64,000 nucleotides of DNA from Octopus vulgaris. Lineage: Eukaryota. How positions within the stretch are numbered: position 1 is the first letter of the stretch; every line of letters begins with the position of its first letter. The notes below the pieces were generated by a model. The model saw only the letters and a list, made by a program, of their open reading frames with translations. It was not told the DNA's origin and ran no database searches. Shown piece after piece: positions 36,887 through 56,098 of the stretch. The DNA lies in NCBI GenBank assembly GCA_951406725.2, contig OX597818.1, positions 23,746,001-23,810,000 on the forward strand, given 5' to 3'. A program made the translations under genes and the position numbers.

Positions 36887-38322
36887 CTATAATCACCTGT
36901 TCCCCAACTTCGTTCCTCTACCAATACCTGGAAGTCTGGTAAAGAGTTTAACCAGAACTTACACTAACGCACCCACAAACAAACACACACGCCCCGGCAC
37001 GGCGGACATCTACCCAACAGACTTTTTCCAACACCCCCAATATAAGCCCCCACGCATATTGTACCTCTTCACATACCGCACACATACATAAATGCCCCCA
37101 AGAATTTAATCAAAGATGTGTATACCCCCACGCAAAGGCTATACATATAGTACCACTACACACATTCCATTTCCACAAGAACACCACTCTTAAAGACACA
37201 TATTTCCTATAAGCACTTTTCCAGAAAACTTTCATCGACTTGCAACAAATCCACCCCCAGAGATAATATTTTTGTTACATATGGAAACGTATAACACGTG
37301 ATATTTAACCACCTTGAATTACTATATCGCCTCGGCCGGTGAGTCTCCACGTCTTGTAGTAAGTAGAACATAAAACATTTAATTTAGTTTTTCTTTGCAT
37401 CAATAATTTCTATATTATTTGTTTATTGGAGAAATCATAATGTGATTTGAAGAAGATATAGCTGTTTCTAGCTGGTCAAGTGACCATGTGAAAATTCCTT
37501 CGCTAGCTTAACAGGGACTCTTTCAGAATACAGATTTTCTCTGAGCATTGATGTGTAGTTAAGGTGTTCGCTTCGCAACCACATAGTTTTGAGTTCGACC
37601 CAAATGTATAACATTTTTGGCAAGTTCCCTGGGTAGTAACCTCGGGTCGAACAAATCCTTTTGAGTGAAATTTGTAGAAGTTCATCGAAATGACGATCCC
37701 TGTTGTGAGTAATAACTTTACTCTGCCACCCTGTTAAGCATCACCAAATTGTATTTTGGGTGTCTTAAGTGGAATACACTTTATTGCAAATATTCGATCC
37801 AGGTATCAGGTCTGATGATAAGTCCCTTTCTTCCTCTTTTCTATAAACCCTAGAGGCCCCGAAAATAGTCATGGCGACAGCCCTTCCTCCGCTGACTAAA
37901 CAATGAAGAAAAAGTGCTTCAGGATGAAGGAAACATTCAATTAAAATATCTCATAAAGGGCAAACGGTAAAGTTTAAAAAGTCTTCTATCTGCGGTGAAG
38001 AGTTTATTACACTTCACTCCAATTTTCATGTCTACATACATATTACCACTTATTTCATGAGATCACGCCATCGTCTTGTAAGTAGGTTCACTGCATGTGT
38101 GTGTGTGTGTGTGTGTGCAAGCAGACAGGCGTTTCAGAATACAATGTATGACATAAAAATGATGCTTGCTTTAAGTAGCTGTTAGCACATATCTATCACT
38201 CCGATGGCCAGAGGCAAGCAAATGTACTCTATGTACTTTAGTTTTCTTTATATATATATATATATATATATATACATACATACAAACATACATATATATA
38301 TGTGAGTGTATATATATATGTA

Positions 38323-38370
<48 letters not shown>

Positions 38371-38377
<7 letters not shown>

Positions 38378-38395
38378 ATATTTCGGAATGGTCAT
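38371..38395 (-). mobile_element. 25-bp micro-insertion of the Neptune-like PLE terminus in (TA)n
   Basis: TATTGTTATATTTCGGAATGGTCAT, identical to 11061-11085. Confidence 0.7.
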
Positions 38396-38444
38396 ATATA
38401 TATATATATACAAACATACATATATATATAAGTGAGTGTATATA

Positions 38445-38497
<53 letters not shown>

Positions 38498-38900
38498 TCT
38501 CAAGAAAGAAAACGACTGTCATCTAAAAGACAAAGTTCCCTTAGTGAATTTTTGACAATTAAGCGAGATGGGAACTTAATAAAACGCCCAGTGTATTTCA
38601 CTATCCTGTTTTATAGATTAACTTACTGCCTAGTCATTTACGTAGAATAAACTACCGTCTTTATATGATTACTAGAGATACGACCCAGAACCTATAATTT
38701 CAAATGTATCTGTTTTGAAATAAATGTTTTAATACGTTATAAATTTACTACGAGTAGCATTAAACATTATTTTACTGCAGATTATTGAGTTTTCTTCTTA
38801 CTTAGATATTTTAAGACAGCTGTTGATGGCAGAAATAACAACCAAATTAAGTCAAACCAAACAAAATGGTTTAGAACTAGGACTCATTAGACATTTGTAG

Positions 38901-38988
38901 TGACGCCATTTTAGAAGTCTTCAGCGCGCATGTGCAGAGTTGGATTTCTTCTGGGAGGCCGCCGGAAGTTCCCTCGTGCGCATGCGCA
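38901..38988. promoter_or_regulatory. Candidate TATA-less housekeeping-type promoter
   Basis: YY1-like CGCCATTTT at 38904, NRF1-like GCGCATGTGC at 38926 and TGCGCATGCGCA at 38977, ETS/GABP CCGGAAGT at 38962, in a CpG-rich unique island. Confidence 0.55.
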
Positions 38989-40453
38989 GAGAACTAGCAA
39001 CAGCAAGATTTCCCGCTGTATCGATCTCTCTCGAAGCGGACACCGAATTGAACGGACGCGTAATCACATCTCTCCAAGTTGCCAACACGTGGCGAAGCTA
39101 CACTATGCTTGTTCGAGACAGCATTTGGTTCACACTACAGTGACTAGCTCCCATGGCTACCGGTTCGCCCTGAAGGAAATATATGTATATATTATTGCGA
39201 ATCCAGAAAAATAAATATTATTTATGCTGTTGAAGATATTCGAAGTCTTGGTTTTCCATCAACAAATAATTTAATGTAACGGGATGAGACCTGCATCCCT
39301 CAAGTGTTCCAGACCTTTCATCCTATTACACATTCTAGTCCTAAGGATGGTCAAGACTGGAATGTCTTTGATCATAAGTGAGCTTAGTTGAAGTTGACCA
39401 GGATTGGATAAACAACAAAAATAGAGACATTGTAAATACACATTCAGTGAAGGCGTCGGATTAATATACATTCAGAGAGGGCATCGTTAGATCATTCAAC
39501 AAAATTGCTTGCGCGATTGGCTCCGGCTCTAACGCTTTCATTTCTAATCCAGGTTGATGTAGTGCGGGTCATTCTCTGGCCTTGAGCTTATGATAGAAAC
39601 AATTATCGACATAAAGGCATTATAATATGTCTTTAAACTTTTTTAAAAGCTTTCTGCTCAATCTATATTACGAAGAATCACTTGTAAAATGTGATGCGAT
39701 TTGACAGTCTAATCACAGCTTTCCAATTTGATTTTTCGAAACTATTGATATACAATTTCTTCCTGCAAGTCTCATCAAGACTTGCTTTCTAACAATTTTC
39801 AGACCGCATGCTCTCAGTTTTTCTTACAGATCTCGTTTTTCTAACAGATCTTGTTTCTTACAGATCTTGTTTCTTACAGATCTTGTTTCCAAATAATAAA
39901 AATGTATGTCTCATCCTTTAACATTTTCGCTGGCTGGTCTTACTATAAAGCAAGATACAACAGTAAAATATTAATGCACGGAGTAACGCAAGAGACTGAC
40001 ACATTAAGGAAACTTTTCCCATCCACTAGAGATTCCATGAGAGGTCACTAAGGTTCCGCGGGAAACAGCGATACATATGCTAATTATATGTAAATACATA
40101 TTTGAGTAATTTTTGTATTTGTTTTTTTGTTTTTTTCTACTGGCATCTGTAGGTTATAAGGAAAAAGACACCTTGACAAGGGATCATAGGTAAATTTGGT
40201 CCAAAAAGTCTTGGTTAAGACGAAATTTCTTTAACTTTTTTTGTAGTGTCTGATGAATTTTCACTGCTAATTTTTTTCAAAGACAGTTTTATGTTTTGTT
40301 TAATCTTACGAAATTTAACTTCATAAAAGCAAAAGGAAGGTATTAATAAAAAATATATGATAAATTTTATTGTAAAGTTCTGTGGAACATGGAGTACATT
40401 TCAAGAGTTCCGCAATAGTGAACAGGTTGGAAAACACCATTTTAGAGCATAGG

Positions 40454-40541
<88 letters not shown>

Positions 40542-40640
40542 CGTGTATGTGTGTGTGTTTTGAACTGCTACCCATCTTCCATGCAACATCGAGTCTTTAT
40601 CACCCAAGTTCATCTCTTCAATTTTAGAGGACCGTCAAAA

Positions 40641-40970
40641 TACGAAGGGTGTTCATTAAAGATTTCTCCTGACCACTTTCAGTTATTGCAGGAAACGGAA
40701 CTTGTACAGGTATAATCATACACGTCTCTACATGTCACATTGTAAATGATAGCTTTCCTCTAATATTCGTTTGTCTTTTACGGCTGCTGAAGTGTACTAA
40801 GGTGTTTATAATGGAGGCAGTTGAATGCAGATCAATGATCAGGTTCTCATACTTGAAAGGTTTTACACTAAAAGAAACTTTCGATGAGATGAAAGAATTT
40901 TATGGTGACGATGCACCATCATACAACGTAGTCAAGCACTGACATCACCAGTTCAAATTTAGTCGGACAT
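40641..40970 (+). mobile_element. 5' fragment of a second mariner family
   Basis: TACGAAGGGTGTTCA end; MEAVECRSMIRFSYLKGFTLKETFDEMKEFYGDDAPSYNVVKH*H HTH-like segment from 40811. Confidence 0.7.
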
Positions 40971-41238
40971 TAAGTCTTTTTAGAAAAACATTACCCAGCG
41001 TGCGCATTTTTTAAAGGTAGTCAGCTATAATTATAAGCAAATTTACTATTTCTAGCAGAACCAGCAATTGCGATAAGGAATGTTGATTGACATGGTTGAA
41101 TGTTAAATGATGTAGTGTGCGATGTTCTTTTGTAGCGATGGTAGTGGATTTGCTCTGTGGAAAGGCGCTATGGGAATATGTTATTGTGATGTTGTGCGTT
41201 TAAGATATTAAATGTACATCTAAATTGTATGTACGCTG

Positions 41239-41280
<42 letters not shown>

Positions 41281-42339
41281 CAGGAATTTTTTTCTGTCTA
41301 GAAAAATGAAGGGCAAAGAAGTTATCAGGTTTTCAGGGATGCAGTTGACAACTACAACTGAGTCCCCCGAGAAGTTCAACAAAGAATCAATGGTCTCCAG
41401 TGGATATCTCTTGTAGTCTGTATTTTCTAGGGAAGGAAAGCAGTCACGAACTGGTGATTATGATGCAAAAAAGAGATAGAGCAAACAACCGAAGCATTAC
41501 TCTTGTGTTAGAAGTCCCAGAATTATCTGGCGGAGAAATTATGCGGGAAAATCTTTTTTCACTAATACTTTCTAACAATTACTGTAGCTGCGTCCCATGG
41601 TGTATACAAGAATCAGATCATGTTATTATCAAACCATGTGCCTTTTATGAGAGCTCACAGCTGTGGATCCTGTCAAAAGCACGTAAAAGCAAGATGGTAC
41701 TTGACACGACATCGAGTTAATTTCTACCAAAAGCGTGATTTTAAAAAATCTTTAGGAAATCCTGAATATTAAATTATATATTGTTTATTATTGACTAAAT
41801 ATAGGTTTGGCCTTTCAAGATGTTATTAGCTGAGTGAGTTGACTGTCGATAATTTGATGTTTTCTGAGGATGAGTTTGTTCAAGTGCTAATAATAATGTG
41901 CAAGTGACGTGACAGCTTTCTTTTCAAACTTTATTCACTTGTTTATCTTTCGGCCTAACGCAATTCACCTATTTTGCGGGTCCTCTCGCAGCATCGATCC
42001 TTTCCAGCCGGGATATATCCGTAGGAACCCTACCTCCCGAACCTCTGACCAGAACATAACGGCAATATCCCTCAACTCACGAGATCATGCACGTCCGTCT
42101 CGTTTGACAGCCTCATGACGAAAGAGAACTCACACTAGTAATGCTTTCACTCACGTAACCTCCCTCGCTCCTAAGACGTTCGCGTGACGTCACTGACACT
42201 ATACTTTTGGTTCACCTCGTCCCTACACGCACCCTCCCCCTCTTCATCTCACTCTCTCTCTCACTCTCTCTATTGCTCTCTTCCACAAGTCTCTGTGATA
42301 CCGTACACAGATGTCGCTATTCATATCTGAGTATCGCTC

Positions 42340-42571
42340 AAGGCGGCGAGCTGGCAGAAACGTTAGCACGCCAGGCGAAATGCTTAGTGGTATTTCATCT
42401 GCCGCTACGTTCTGAGTTCAAATTCCACCGAGGTCGACTTTGCCTGTCATCCTTTCGAGGTCGATTAAATAAGTACCAGTTACGCAATGGAGTCGATATA
42501 ATCGACTGAATCCCTTTGTCTGTCCTTGTTTGTCCCCTCTGTGTTTAGCCCCTTGTGGGTAGTAAAGAAAT
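42340..42571 (+). mobile_element. SINE family A with 17-bp TSD
   Basis: ATATCTGAGTATCGCTC at 42323-42339 and 42572-42588. Confidence 0.92.
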
Positions 42572-42589
42572 ATATCTGAGTATCGCTCT

Positions 42590-44340
42590 TTCTCGTACCG
42601 ATTCTTCAGCCTCATCTGATGCGGCGACATATACCAAAATACTGCCTCAATTGGTGAGATATGTCTCATTTGCACCATAGCCTTGATGATGCGATGGTGT
42701 CTCTCCACGATCCCATTTCTACTCGGGCTATACACCGTTCTGAAGAAGCGGTTCACGTTCCACTTAGCAAGCATTCTCCGAGCGAAATGCAGCGTCGTTG
42801 CCCATCAGCAATTCATTCACAGGGCCCCGCTCCAGGAATATTTCGTTCAGGATTCGGGCAGCTTCATTTGCAATCTCCATCTTAATTTCCCTCTATATCG
42901 TTATTCTCCCCGGTTTGCAATCGACCATCGAGAGATATGTCCCCTGCTGGTAGTGCGTCACATCCGCTGTCAATTGCTTCCAGTTGTGTTCCACTGAGAT
43001 GTTTACCGCCTCGTAAACACCCGGAGTGGGTGTCAGTGGACTGACACTTGTCACAACGCCCGACCAACGTTGTAACGTTGGAGTCAACTTTCCTCGCTAG
43101 GCACAGGGTCCTATCCACTCCCATATGATGCATGGTATGCAGTCTTCTGAGCTCCGTGTTACTTAGCCGACACATGGCACCGCCAATCAGGCTTTCTTCA
43201 TCCTAGTTAGGATGTCTGTCTATTCCTTTCCGAGAGCACAAAGATCGCGCTCAATTTCAAGCAGAATTCAGCAGCTAGCTCTCCCAGAATCCCTAAACGC
43301 GCTTTATTAACATCTCTTCCGCCCCTTTCGTTCGTACTTTCCTCTCATCGGCGATCACTGATCCCACCCATCCAAGTACGCAGCCCCCATCTCAGGATCA
43401 GATTCACTCTCTTCAGCATTGCATCCAATTCAGCGACGTTGATTGATGGTAGTCATCCGTTTTTCTGAGCCAGGCTGTATCCTCCGCTTCGACACCCTCT
43501 ATTTCCAGAATGATCCCAATCTCTATACTGCTAGCATCGCAACATATGGTCCTGTTCTACAATTTGGGTACATACAAGCTTCCTATTTCTGGGTCTTCTG
43601 CTCTTACCCTCTCTAGGACCTCTCGCATCATAGCCATTGTCCTCTCTCCCAATGTGTCCACCCAGTTTGCTTCGTCTGCTCGTCTTTTCTCGTAGCTATA
43701 TGTTGTTCGGAGTCAACCCGCGATTAGATACTGACCCACCAGTCTCCCACACATCGAGAACAGTCCTTGTTTGTTCACGCTGGTGCCCAGTTCCGGAATC
43801 TCATTTCCTCTCAGAAATACGAACACACCCACCTTGTCTCTTTGCAGCTTGAGCTCCAATGAAAGCTCCTCCTACTATCGCCTCCGGAGGTTTCCCATTA
43901 AGTCCTAACTTCTTTAGGTAATCTATAACCTCTGCGGCCGAACCGCGGTCTCATCCACTAAGATGTTGTCAATATAGGAATGGATGACCTTTTTCACCCT
44001 GTCCGCTTTCTCAGAATAAACTTAAAAACTGTTGTCAAGACCTTTGGTGCTAAATTCAACCCGAAACCCAGCCTAGTCAAACAGTATGTCTCGCCCTTAC
44101 CAGCTGATAACTTCCATAATTTCTTAGTCCCGTGTAGCTGCAGATATGCTAACTTCAAGTCAACGATTGTGGAAGCCTTCGTCATCTATCTCCATTCTTG
44201 CAATGTTTCCTCGCAGATATCGGTAGCCTCACCGCCCGTGTGTCACGATATGTAGTCGTTCAGCTTTCGAAAGTTCAATATCTACCTGATCTTGACTTTC
44301 GTTGGCTGCATCACTGCCATTAGCGGCAACACTCCATTCT
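42590..44340 (-). pseudogene. Gypsy/Ty3-like pol remnant (RT, RNase H, integrase)
   Basis: STIVDLKLAYLQL, YCLTRLGFGLNLAP, H-x2-HHMGVDRT..CDKC, YLSMVDC, YSPSRNGIVERHHRIIK; possible LTR pieces at about 41892-42309 and 44881-44936. Confidence 0.8.
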
Positions 44341-45112
44341 TTTCGTCCACCTTCCTAGCGATTTAAATATCCTCCCCGATCTTTCTCTCCTTGAGCTCGC
44401 TCCTGGCATCTCATAGGTAGGTGTTAACTGCTTCTATTTAGAAATCAAAGGAAATGACCAAAATTCCCTTCACACTTTGCTGTTGTGATCTGGACATCAA
44501 TGTTTTGAACTGACCTCTTTTCCACTACCTTTCAGACAGATTCAACGCTGGATTGCTGAAGCAACAATATCGTTATAGCAAATATTCTACTCAATACCAC
44601 AGATTTGCTTTAACCACTTGAGTATTCCCTTAGTGGCCCACAATATGTGCATCTCTGACCACGAGCAGGAGTAATGGGGAAGCATCATAGCCATATATTG
44701 AGAAGGATTCTTTGGGACTGAATAAATGTAACAAAAGCAAACTTTGAAAGAAATGTTAACCATTTTTCATACATTGTAGGGGCAAACAAATACAGAATAA
44801 GAGTTGCTACCCAAGGACAAAAATCGTGTTACACAGTGTAATTTGATGCTATCAGAGGATGTGTTCGTTCAGGTGCTAATGATAACGTGCAAGCGATAGC
44901 TTTCTTCAAAATCTTTATTCACTTGTTTATCTTTCCACCTCTGGCCAACTGAATGATAAAATACAGACAACAAAGGAAATTGATGTTTGTTTTTTTCTTT
45001 TTTTCATAAACCGAACAGGAAGTGCAGTTTTCTTAACGTTTAAATTTCGACTTAAGCGTAAGAGCTGTCAAACATATATATATATACATATATATACATT
45101 ATTTTTATTTCA

Positions 45113-45153
45113 TCTAGTTTCAGCTCACGAGCTGTGGCCATGCTGGGGCACCG
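45113..45153 (-). mobile_element. Isolated 3' end of the CR1-group LINE family in a TA-rich tract
   Basis: Near-identical to 48630-48670. Confidence 0.75.
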
Positions 45154-45189
45154 ACATTTATATACATATATATATATATATGTATATAC

Positions 45190-45225
<36 letters not shown>

Positions 45226-45369
45226 ATATATATATATACATTTATATATACATATATATATATATATACATTTATATATACATATATATATATATATACA
45301 TTTATATATACATATATATATATATACATTTATATATACATTTATATATACATATATATATATATATAC

Positions 45370-45414
<45 letters not shown>

Positions 45415-45651
45415 TATACATATATATACATATATATACATATATATATACATATATATATACATATATATACATATATATACATATATATATACATATA
45501 TATACATATATATATACATATATATACACATATATATACATATATATACATATATATATACATATATATACATATATATATACATATATATATACATATA
45601 TATACATATATATATACATATATATACATATATATATACATATATATATAC

Positions 45652-45682
<31 letters not shown>

Positions 45683-45775
45683 CATATATATACAAATATA
45701 TATATACATATTGATAAAACGGTAAGATAACAAAAGAAAGAAAGAGACCTCAATATTATGTAAATAGAGGAAATT

Positions 45776-45946
45776 TATCTATACAATATGTTACATTACT
45801 CGGTAGTCAAGATAAAACTCTGAGTTTCAGATGCCTATTTCAAATAGCCAGATAACCGAAGAGATGGTGTTGTGGATTTCCACTTCGGCATCTGAAACTC
45901 AGAGTTTTATCTTGACTACCGAGTAATGTAACATATTGTATAGATA
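45776..45946. repeat. Perfect 60-bp inverted repeat in a (TA)n-embedded element
   Basis: Arms 45776-45835 and 45887-45946. Confidence 0.85.
45850..45912 (+). ncRNA. Hammerhead-like motif, C4 variant
   Basis: AGAUAA-CCGAAGA-GAUG..GUGG/CCAC..CAUCU-GAAA-CUCAGAG-UU-UUAUCU; 6-bp stem I. Confidence 0.55.
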
Positions 45947-46298
45947 TATATATACATATATATACATATATACATATATATATACATATATATACATATA
46001 TATATACATATATATACATATATATATACATATATATACATATATATATACATATATATACATATATATATACATATATATGTATATATACATATATATA
46101 CATATATATATACATATATATGTATATATACATATATATACATATATATATACATATATATACATATATATATACATATATATACATATATATACATATA
46201 TATATACATATATATACATATATATACATATATATACATATATATACATATATATATACATATATATACATATATATACAGATATACATATATATATA

Positions 46299-46410
<112 letters not shown>

Positions 46411-46449
46411 TACATATATATATATATGCATATATATATATATATATAT

Positions 46450-47649
46450 TTCTGTATTTCATGTTTCTGTATTCCATTATTGTTTTTTGTTTTTTTATAT
46501 CTGTCCCTTTTGCTGTCCTGGTGTTCGTATGCATTCGATCCTTCTTCCAGGAAATCTACGCTTCCAGCTTAGTTTTTCTAATGCTCGTTGCTTAGTTTTT
46601 CTTGGAGGGCTGGCCGTGATCTAGTAATCTCAAGATTAATCAGCCGAAATTACTACGATGATCCGGTTCTTGACTGAAGACTGAGGGTTTCGAATGTCCT
46701 GTCCGTGTTTATTGTATCGTCTTCTAAGAGTTATACGTTCTTGTCCATATTGTATTTTTCTACATACCTTAACATATATTCCAGGCGCCCCGTACCCCCC
46801 TTAACATTAATGTGAGCACATATTCTTAATAATTGGTACGACTCTCTGTTTGTCTCTCTCTCTCTCTCATTTTTACTTGATCTGTCCCCCTCTCTCTCTT
46901 TTCTCTCTACTCATCTCTTTTTCTCTTCTCTTTCCTCTGATTCTTTGGTCTAGTCTTCCACTACCCTCCTATTTCTTTGTCTCGCTCTGCACTCACAGGT
47001 CATTCTTCGACACCCATCCCTTCTCCTCTCTGATTCCTTCTTTCTCTCTCTTCTCTCTCTTTGTTGCGTTTGTCCCTCCTCTCTCTCTCTCTCCTCTCTC
47101 TCTCACCTCTCTCTCTCTCTTCCTTTGCTTCTCTTTCTTTTCTTTTCCCTCTTCTCTGTCACGTGACTGTTGGCCGAAATCTGCCTTTCAGCTCCTGACC
47201 CTCGTCGTGTTAACATCGCTGTTTTCGTCCGCCGCTTTAAAGGCTTTTTCCAATGCGCCAGAGAAAAAAAAAAAAAATTTGTTTGCTTGTTATCAGTCGT
47301 AAGACACTGTTGTTTTCACCGTTAATGCTTCTGTATTTCATGTTTCTGTATTCCATTATTGTTTTTTGTTTTTTTATATCTGTCCCTTTTGCTGTCCTGG
47401 TGTTCGTATGCATTCGATCCTTCTTCCAGGAAATCTACGCTTCCAGCTTAGTTTTTCTAATGCTCGTTGCTTAGTTTTTCTTGGAGGGCTGGCCGTGATC
47501 TAGTAATCTCAAGATTAATCAGCCGAAATTACTACGATGATCCGGTTCTTGACTGAAGACTGAGGGTTTCGAATGTCCTGTCCGTGTTTATTGTATCGTC
47601 TTCTAAGAGTTATACGTTCTTGTCCATATTGTATTTTTCTACATACCTT
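46450..47649. mobile_element. Non-coding element with 321-bp identical direct repeats (pLTR-like) in (TA)n
   Basis: 46450-46770 = 47329-47649; CT-rich spacer; no TG..CA ends, PBS or coding ORF. Confidence 0.75.
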
Positions 47650-47752
<103 letters not shown>

Positions 47753-47782
47753 TATATATATATATATATATACGCATATATA

Positions 47783-48165
47783 TCTCTCTATATATAAACG
47801 GCAGTTTGTCTGTGCGTGTTTCTGTGTGTCTGTTTGCTTGTACCCTCACCCTGACCACAGCTTTCAACCGATTCTGATGAAACTTGACACACACATAGCC
47901 CAATGTCATAATTCAAAACTAACGCAGCGAAAATTTTGAAAAGTTCCCCCAGTTCTGAAAAATCGATAAATTCGACATGGGGTCGAGAACCAGGAACACA
48001 AACCACAAACTGTGTAGGGACGCAACTCCACCTTTTTTAACTATCAAAAAAAAATTTACCATAATTTTTTTCCAATTTTTTTGCTGTTTTTTGGCTATAA
48101 ATCTCTAAAAATGCTTTATAGTTATTTCCCTTACAAACCTGAGCAACGCCGGGCGATACTGCTAG
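47783..48165 (+). mobile_element. Non-autonomous Helitron
   Basis: A|TC start; imperfect 3' hairpin CCTGAGCAACGCCGGG; CTAG|T end. Confidence 0.75.
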
Positions 48166-48597
<432 letters not shown>

Positions 48598-48601
48598 TAT
48601 A

Positions 48602-53437
<4,836 letters not shown>

Positions 53438-54062
53438 ACTTGCCCAAGGTGCCACGCAGTGGGACTGAACCCAGGACCATGTTGTTGGTAAGCAAGCTAC
53501 TTAGCACACAGCCACTTCTGCACCTAGATATACAAACTAGGTATTCAATTCCTGCATGTTGAGTAAACCGCTGCAAACCGTTAACGGTTTGCTAACAGAA
53601 AAAGCTAACAGAAATTCATGAAAATTTCAATTCCGATTTCTGGATTAATCCAGAAAGATTCTTCCTTCATCAGCGAGAAACACAAAATGAGATGAATTTT
53701 TAATAAAATTTTATCTTTATATTAGAAATAAATTAATTCTCATTCACTTCGGGACTTCCGTGCGTTTCCTGACCGGCTACACATGTGTCGAGGCTTGCTA
53801 CGGAATTTCTATTTGGATATATTTGGCGTATTTAAATGTATTAATGACTTTGCGTCTGCTTTTCTGTGGGTATGTTTAAGTATTTTATCAAGAAATCGGA
53901 ACCGATTCGGGAATAACTAAAATTTTTATGAATTTCTGACAGCTTACTTTCCCTCGTTTCGACACATAGTGTAATAATATAGTGAAAATATCTTATGTGA
54001 TTAGACGATTTAGCATCTATTTTTCAGCATATTGCCAAAGAATTTATAATTATATATATATA

Positions 54063-55095
54063 CAGGGGTTGGACAAAATAATGGAAACACCTTAAAATTT
54101 CAAACAAATTTCTTTTTAATATGGGGTAGGACCACCTTTGGCAGTAATTACAGCTTGAATTCTATGAGGTATGGACTCGTACAAAGTTTGAATTCTTTCC
54201 AAAGGAATTTTTCTCCATTCTTCAGCTAAAACAGTCTCCAGTTCTTGTAGTGATGATGATGGAGGATATCGACTCCTTACTTGTTTTCCTAAAATGCACC
54301 ATAAATGTTTAATAATATTGAGATCTAGGGACTGTGGTGACCAGATAAGATGTTCAACTCCACCAGAATATTCCTCGTGCCATTCAGTAACAGCTTTAGC
54401 TGTGTGAATTGGTGCACTATCTTCCTGAAATATTGTGTTTCCCTCCGGAAACAGTTCTGCAACATAGGATGAATTTGATCAAATAAAATGCTTAAATAGT
54501 CTTGACTATTAATTCTGCCATGAAGGAAAACCATTGGGCCAGTGGATTTCCAAGATATAGTCCCCCCTCCCCAGATCATCACAGATCCTCTCCCATGTTT
54601 AACAGTTGGAAGAAGGCAGTCTGGGTCAAATACTTCTTTTGGATGTCTCCACACGTATACTGAGCCGGTGGTCGGAAATAAGGTAAAGGATGACTCGTCT
54701 GAGAAAATAAGATTCTTCCACTACTCTAGGGACAGTTCTGTAGGTTTTTTACTGCACTCTAAACATTTTGCAACGTTTGTTTTTGAAAGTAGTAGTTTTC
54801 TGATTGCAGCCCTCCCATGAAATCCGGCTTTTTGCAGCTCTCAGCGAACAGTTTTTGTGGAAAATGGGATCTCGAGGTGGCCATTAAGCTCTGCAGTAAT
54901 TTTGGGAGCTGTAATTTTGCGATCCTTTCTAACAATTCGCGTAAGAGTACGACTGCAATTTTAACAAAACATATTAAGCAACACTAATAATAAATAAAAA
55001 AACATAAAAATAAACAAGCATCTGACGGTTTTATAGATATTTCAAAATTATGATGCTATGAAGCTGGGTGTTTCAATTATTTTGTCCAACCCATG
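54063..55095 (-). mobile_element. Tc1-like DNA transposon, decayed
   Basis: TIRs CAGGGGTTGGACAAAATAATGGAAACACC / GGTGTTTCAATTATTTTGTCCAACCCATG; TA TSD; SDESSF, TVKHGRGSVMIWG, QEDSAPIH, SLDLNII. Confidence 0.9.
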
Positions 55096-55449
55096 TATGT
55101 ATATATATAACACAATTGAAAGTCGAACTAAGTCGTTCTTGTTTCTAATTTTTATCGTAATTTTATTATAGATGCACCGAATAATTCGAAATACTGACAG
55201 CTGCACTTATTAAGTAAACCTAATGAGAAAAATAGCGTTTTGATAGAGAATTGTAGTGAAATTTAGACTAAAAAAAAGGTCCTTGTTAAGACAAAATTTT
55301 TTAAACCTCTGATAGATTTAGCACAGTTAAGATTTTCAAAGACGCCAACAAACTCTCCAGGATATTCTATATATATCTTCCTTTTGCTCCGCCTGCTCTC
55401 TTTTACTTTTCTTGGATGCACACACACATGCAATCTCTTTTTCTCGCGC

Positions 55450-55507
<58 letters not shown>

Positions 55508-56098
55508 GCACAATCTCTGTCTCTCTCACTCTCAATCTCTTTCTCTTCCTCACAATTTCTCTCTCTCCCTTATTCACATTCTCTTTCTCTCTCTCTCTCT
55601 CTTTCTCCCACACACACCCACAACCTCTCTCTCTCTCTCTTCCTCCCACACACACCCACAACCTCTCTCTCTCTCTCTCACACACACATACACTCTCTCC
55701 ATCTCTTTCTCTCTTTCTCGCAAGCTCTCTCTTTCTCTCTCCCTCTTCTTCTCTAATCCATTAACAAACTTTTTTTAAGAAAACTCCAAATCAGTCGTAT
55801 AAAAATGAGAAGGTCGCAAAATGTGTTTTCTTTGAGAAAGAACGTCAGAGAATGAAATAAAGAGGACATTGCGATAATATTAGATTCTAAAGAAAAACGT
55901 TTTGTTTCTTTAGGACAGTCTTACGGTTCTGCCAATCCTCCACTCGGGATTGGGACTTCTTTTATAGAAACCCGAAAAGATGAAAGGCAGATCTGACCAC
56001 GGTGGGATTTGAACTCGGAGTGCAAAGAATCGGAAAAATAATTGTAAGGCAATCTGTCTGACATTCAAATGACTCGTTCGATTCGCCGTTCATAAGGT

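Noticed and set aside
46668-46702. CTGAAGA...GAATGTC as a hammerhead
   Set aside because: Stems I and II do not pair convincingly on either strand
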